Of a DNA stretch of 64,000 bases, positions 61,665 to 64,000 are shown one piece after another. The DNA is taken from contig CM060732.1 of NCBI GenBank assembly GCA_030704615.1, positions 25,420,001-25,484,000 on the forward strand, given 5' to 3'. Positions within the stretch are counted from its first letter, which is position 1, and each line of letters begins with the position of its first letter. The notes under the pieces were generated by a model. The model was not told where the DNA came from. It did no database searches and worked only from the letters and a program-made list of their open reading frames with translations. Source of the stretch: Takakia lepidozioides (taxonomy: Eukaryota; Plantae; Bryophyta). Made by a program: the position numbers and the translations under genes.

Positions 61665-64000
61665 TAAGGTACTTGCCTAGTCCCTTCCTTGCTTTCTGTT
61701 CCAGCTTGACTCCAGTGATAGGAAACGTTGTTGGGTGCTTTGTTTGCGTCCCGATGCCTCTGCTAGGAAATCAGCCAGGAAAACACTGCAGTCCATTAGT
61801 CTGCCACCAGAGACAGTCCTCTCGGACCTGCCTTTCCACTCCGAACTGAATGAATCTCACATCCTCAGTTCCCAAAACTTTTATTTTTTCCAGAACCTCC
61901 CCCTCCCCCCCCCAAAACCCACTATCCTTTGCAGGCCCCCCCATCCCCATCAAATCCAAACTCTTCCACTCTCTATTCCCCAGCCAACCCCTTCCCCTCT
62001 CCTAATGATTCAGATACAACTTAGGCCCCTCTCCCCTCCCAGCCCCTACATCTGGGTGAACAGTCTCCTCCCTTACGACAAAAGAGTCAAATTTAATTGT
62101 CTCTCCCCAGGGCCATCAAATGAGATTGACCATCGCCGCCTTGCTTTTCATCCTCATGTTGATTGACATGGTCTCCTGGAACATCAGAGGTCTAGGGTCT
62201 GAACATGCTTCCTAGAAGCATGCCTCTGTCAAAGCAGCCCTGGCCCCCTACCTAGCCAAAAACGCAATCTGCTTCTTGCAAGAACACAAGCTGGACGCTC
62301 GAAAAATATCCTCTCTCACTGATTATCTCTGGCCTTGTGCCAACTCTCTCTGGAAACCAACCTCCTTGGGTTCCAGAGGCGGTACATCCATCCTCTTATC
62401 CCCATCCCTCTACCCCTTTCTAGTCTCAGAAAGCTCCTGGGTTCCGGGCAAGATACAATTTTGCTCCATTGACCTCCCTTCCAAAGGGGGCAGGCTAGGC
62501 CTTGTAAATGTCTACACGCCCAACTCCCCGGCTGAGAGGGCTCAAACTTGGGAGTCCATTGAATTAAACATGATCGCTGAGCAGGCTGTGGATTTCTGGA
62601 TCCTGGCGGGAGACATCAATATGGTGGAGTCTCCAGCCGACAGGAGAGGCCTCGGCTCTTTCAACCCAGACGTTACAGAGACCCAACAGTGGCACAACCT
62701 GACCTTAAATCACAACCTCGTTGAAGTAGAAGCAACTCACCAGGGTTCTCTCTCTCCTTCAGCCCCCATCTTCACATGGTCAAATAATAGGGGCCTCCTA
62801 GATCTCCAGATGGCGAGGCTGGATAGATTTTATGCCTCCGTGGATTGCATCCAATGGGCCCAGAGACTGCCCCAATTGCATATCCCACCTGGGTTTGACC
62901 ACGCTATGATCCAGGCCTCTTTCATAGTCCCAAACACTTTCCCCAACGGTAAGGGCCTCTATAAGATGAACACTTCCCTTCTTTCAATTTACCCAGGGCT
63001 TGCAGATAGCATGGTCTCAGGCTGGCAATGGCTCCCAAAACCCTACAGACAAGTTCCTCTCGAAACTAAAGGTTGTGGGGGTAGCGAGCCAGCATTTAAG
63101 TAGAGACATAGCAGCCTCTAGGAAAAAGAAAGTCAGAGCCCTTACCAAGTGCCTTTCAGTCTATCAAAAGAAAATGGAGTCACCTCGGTGCGACGAAGAG
63201 ACCTTCAATACCTACCTGGAAGCCAAGCATAATCTTCAAATCTTCCACAACCTGCAAGAGCAAAAACTCAAGCTATCAGCAGGGATCAACTGGTCTTCCA
63301 AGGGAGAAAAAATGACCAAGTATTTCTTCGCTAAAACCAAACTCAGAAAAGCATCCCAATCTAGATATGAACTCACCGATCTCTCCTCTGGTGCATCCTT
63401 CTTAGACCCTAAACCCATGGCCCGCTTCACCGCCAACCACATTCAAGCCCTTTTCCGCAGTGATGTCCCCACTAACTCAACAGAGCATAGCGCCTGCTTG
63501 GCCAATACCCCTGGTCTCCCCTGCTGTTGCCGCTTCCCTGGAAGGACCCCTCTCTGAAGACGAACTGTCAGAGGCTTTGTCTAAACTTAAAGAGGGGAAG
63601 TGCCCAGGCTTGGACGGTATCCCAGTGGAGTTCTATAGGAAACTATGGCCTCACATCTCGGAGGACTTTCTAGCAATGTCCAACCACATCTTCCTCTCAA
63701 ACCACATGCCTGCAGCAATGTCACAGGGAGTCATTATTCTTCTATTTAAAAAAGGAGATAGAACTAGCCTGACCAACTACAAACCTATTACCTTTTTGAA
63801 TGTAGCGTACAAAATCATAGCAAAAGGGCTCGCACTCCGTCTTCAACCTCTTTTGCCTTCTATCATCAGACCAAGCCAATTAGGTCTCATTAAAGGGAGG
63901 TACATTATGGATAACCTGCTGCTAGCCCAAGAGTTACCCCACTACGCTCTCAAAACCCAACAGGCTATAGCCCTCCTTCTCCTTGACTTCGAAATAGCCT
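61665..64000 (+). mobile_element. L1-type LINE copy B, ORF1 3' part and ORF2 (APE endonuclease, RT start); runs off the window
   Basis: MVSWNIRGL, FLQEHK, VNVYTPN, ILAGDIN, RLDRFY, GFDH, KCPGLDGIPVEFY, NYKPITFLNVAYKI, LLDFE. Stops and frameshifts present. Confidence 0.93.

Overview
Eukaryotic plant DNA, probably a bryophyte (inferred from the TE repertoire, not proven). The only intact host gene I can support is an intronless secreted glyoxal oxidase (AA5_1 copper radical oxidase, 26078-27661). It lies among nested, mostly decayed transposons. Left half: a PIF/Harbinger end, an old L1-type LINE, Ty3/gypsy remnants, an 825-bp TTAA/CCC piggyBac-type element, a Galadriel-like chromovirus with a head-to-head solo LTR, and a 96-bp palindromic tandem repeat. 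Middle: an L1 LINE broken by a TGT..ACA element, a CACTA, a large hAT with a 2.3-kb hairpin array plus a cargo ORF, and a CCCGGGG-TIR element. Right end: a large multi-gene Mutator-like element (MULE). An 8.6-kb inversion (about 53051-61665) splits both the MULE accessory gene and a second copy of the LINE, and both halves can be rejoined from the sequence. Best system candidates: (i) the MULE, which has an At4g13970/At1g60560-type transposase, a Q/T-repeat accessory gene, a possible histone-fold cargo ORF and one short motif throughout its non-coding DNA, reminiscent of VANDAL/VANC anti-silencing; (ii) the hAT with hairpin array and cargo gene; (iii) a piggyBac-type element in a land plant. 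No rRNA, tRNA or CRISPR was seen. Family assignments come from motifs recognised by eye; no database searches were run.
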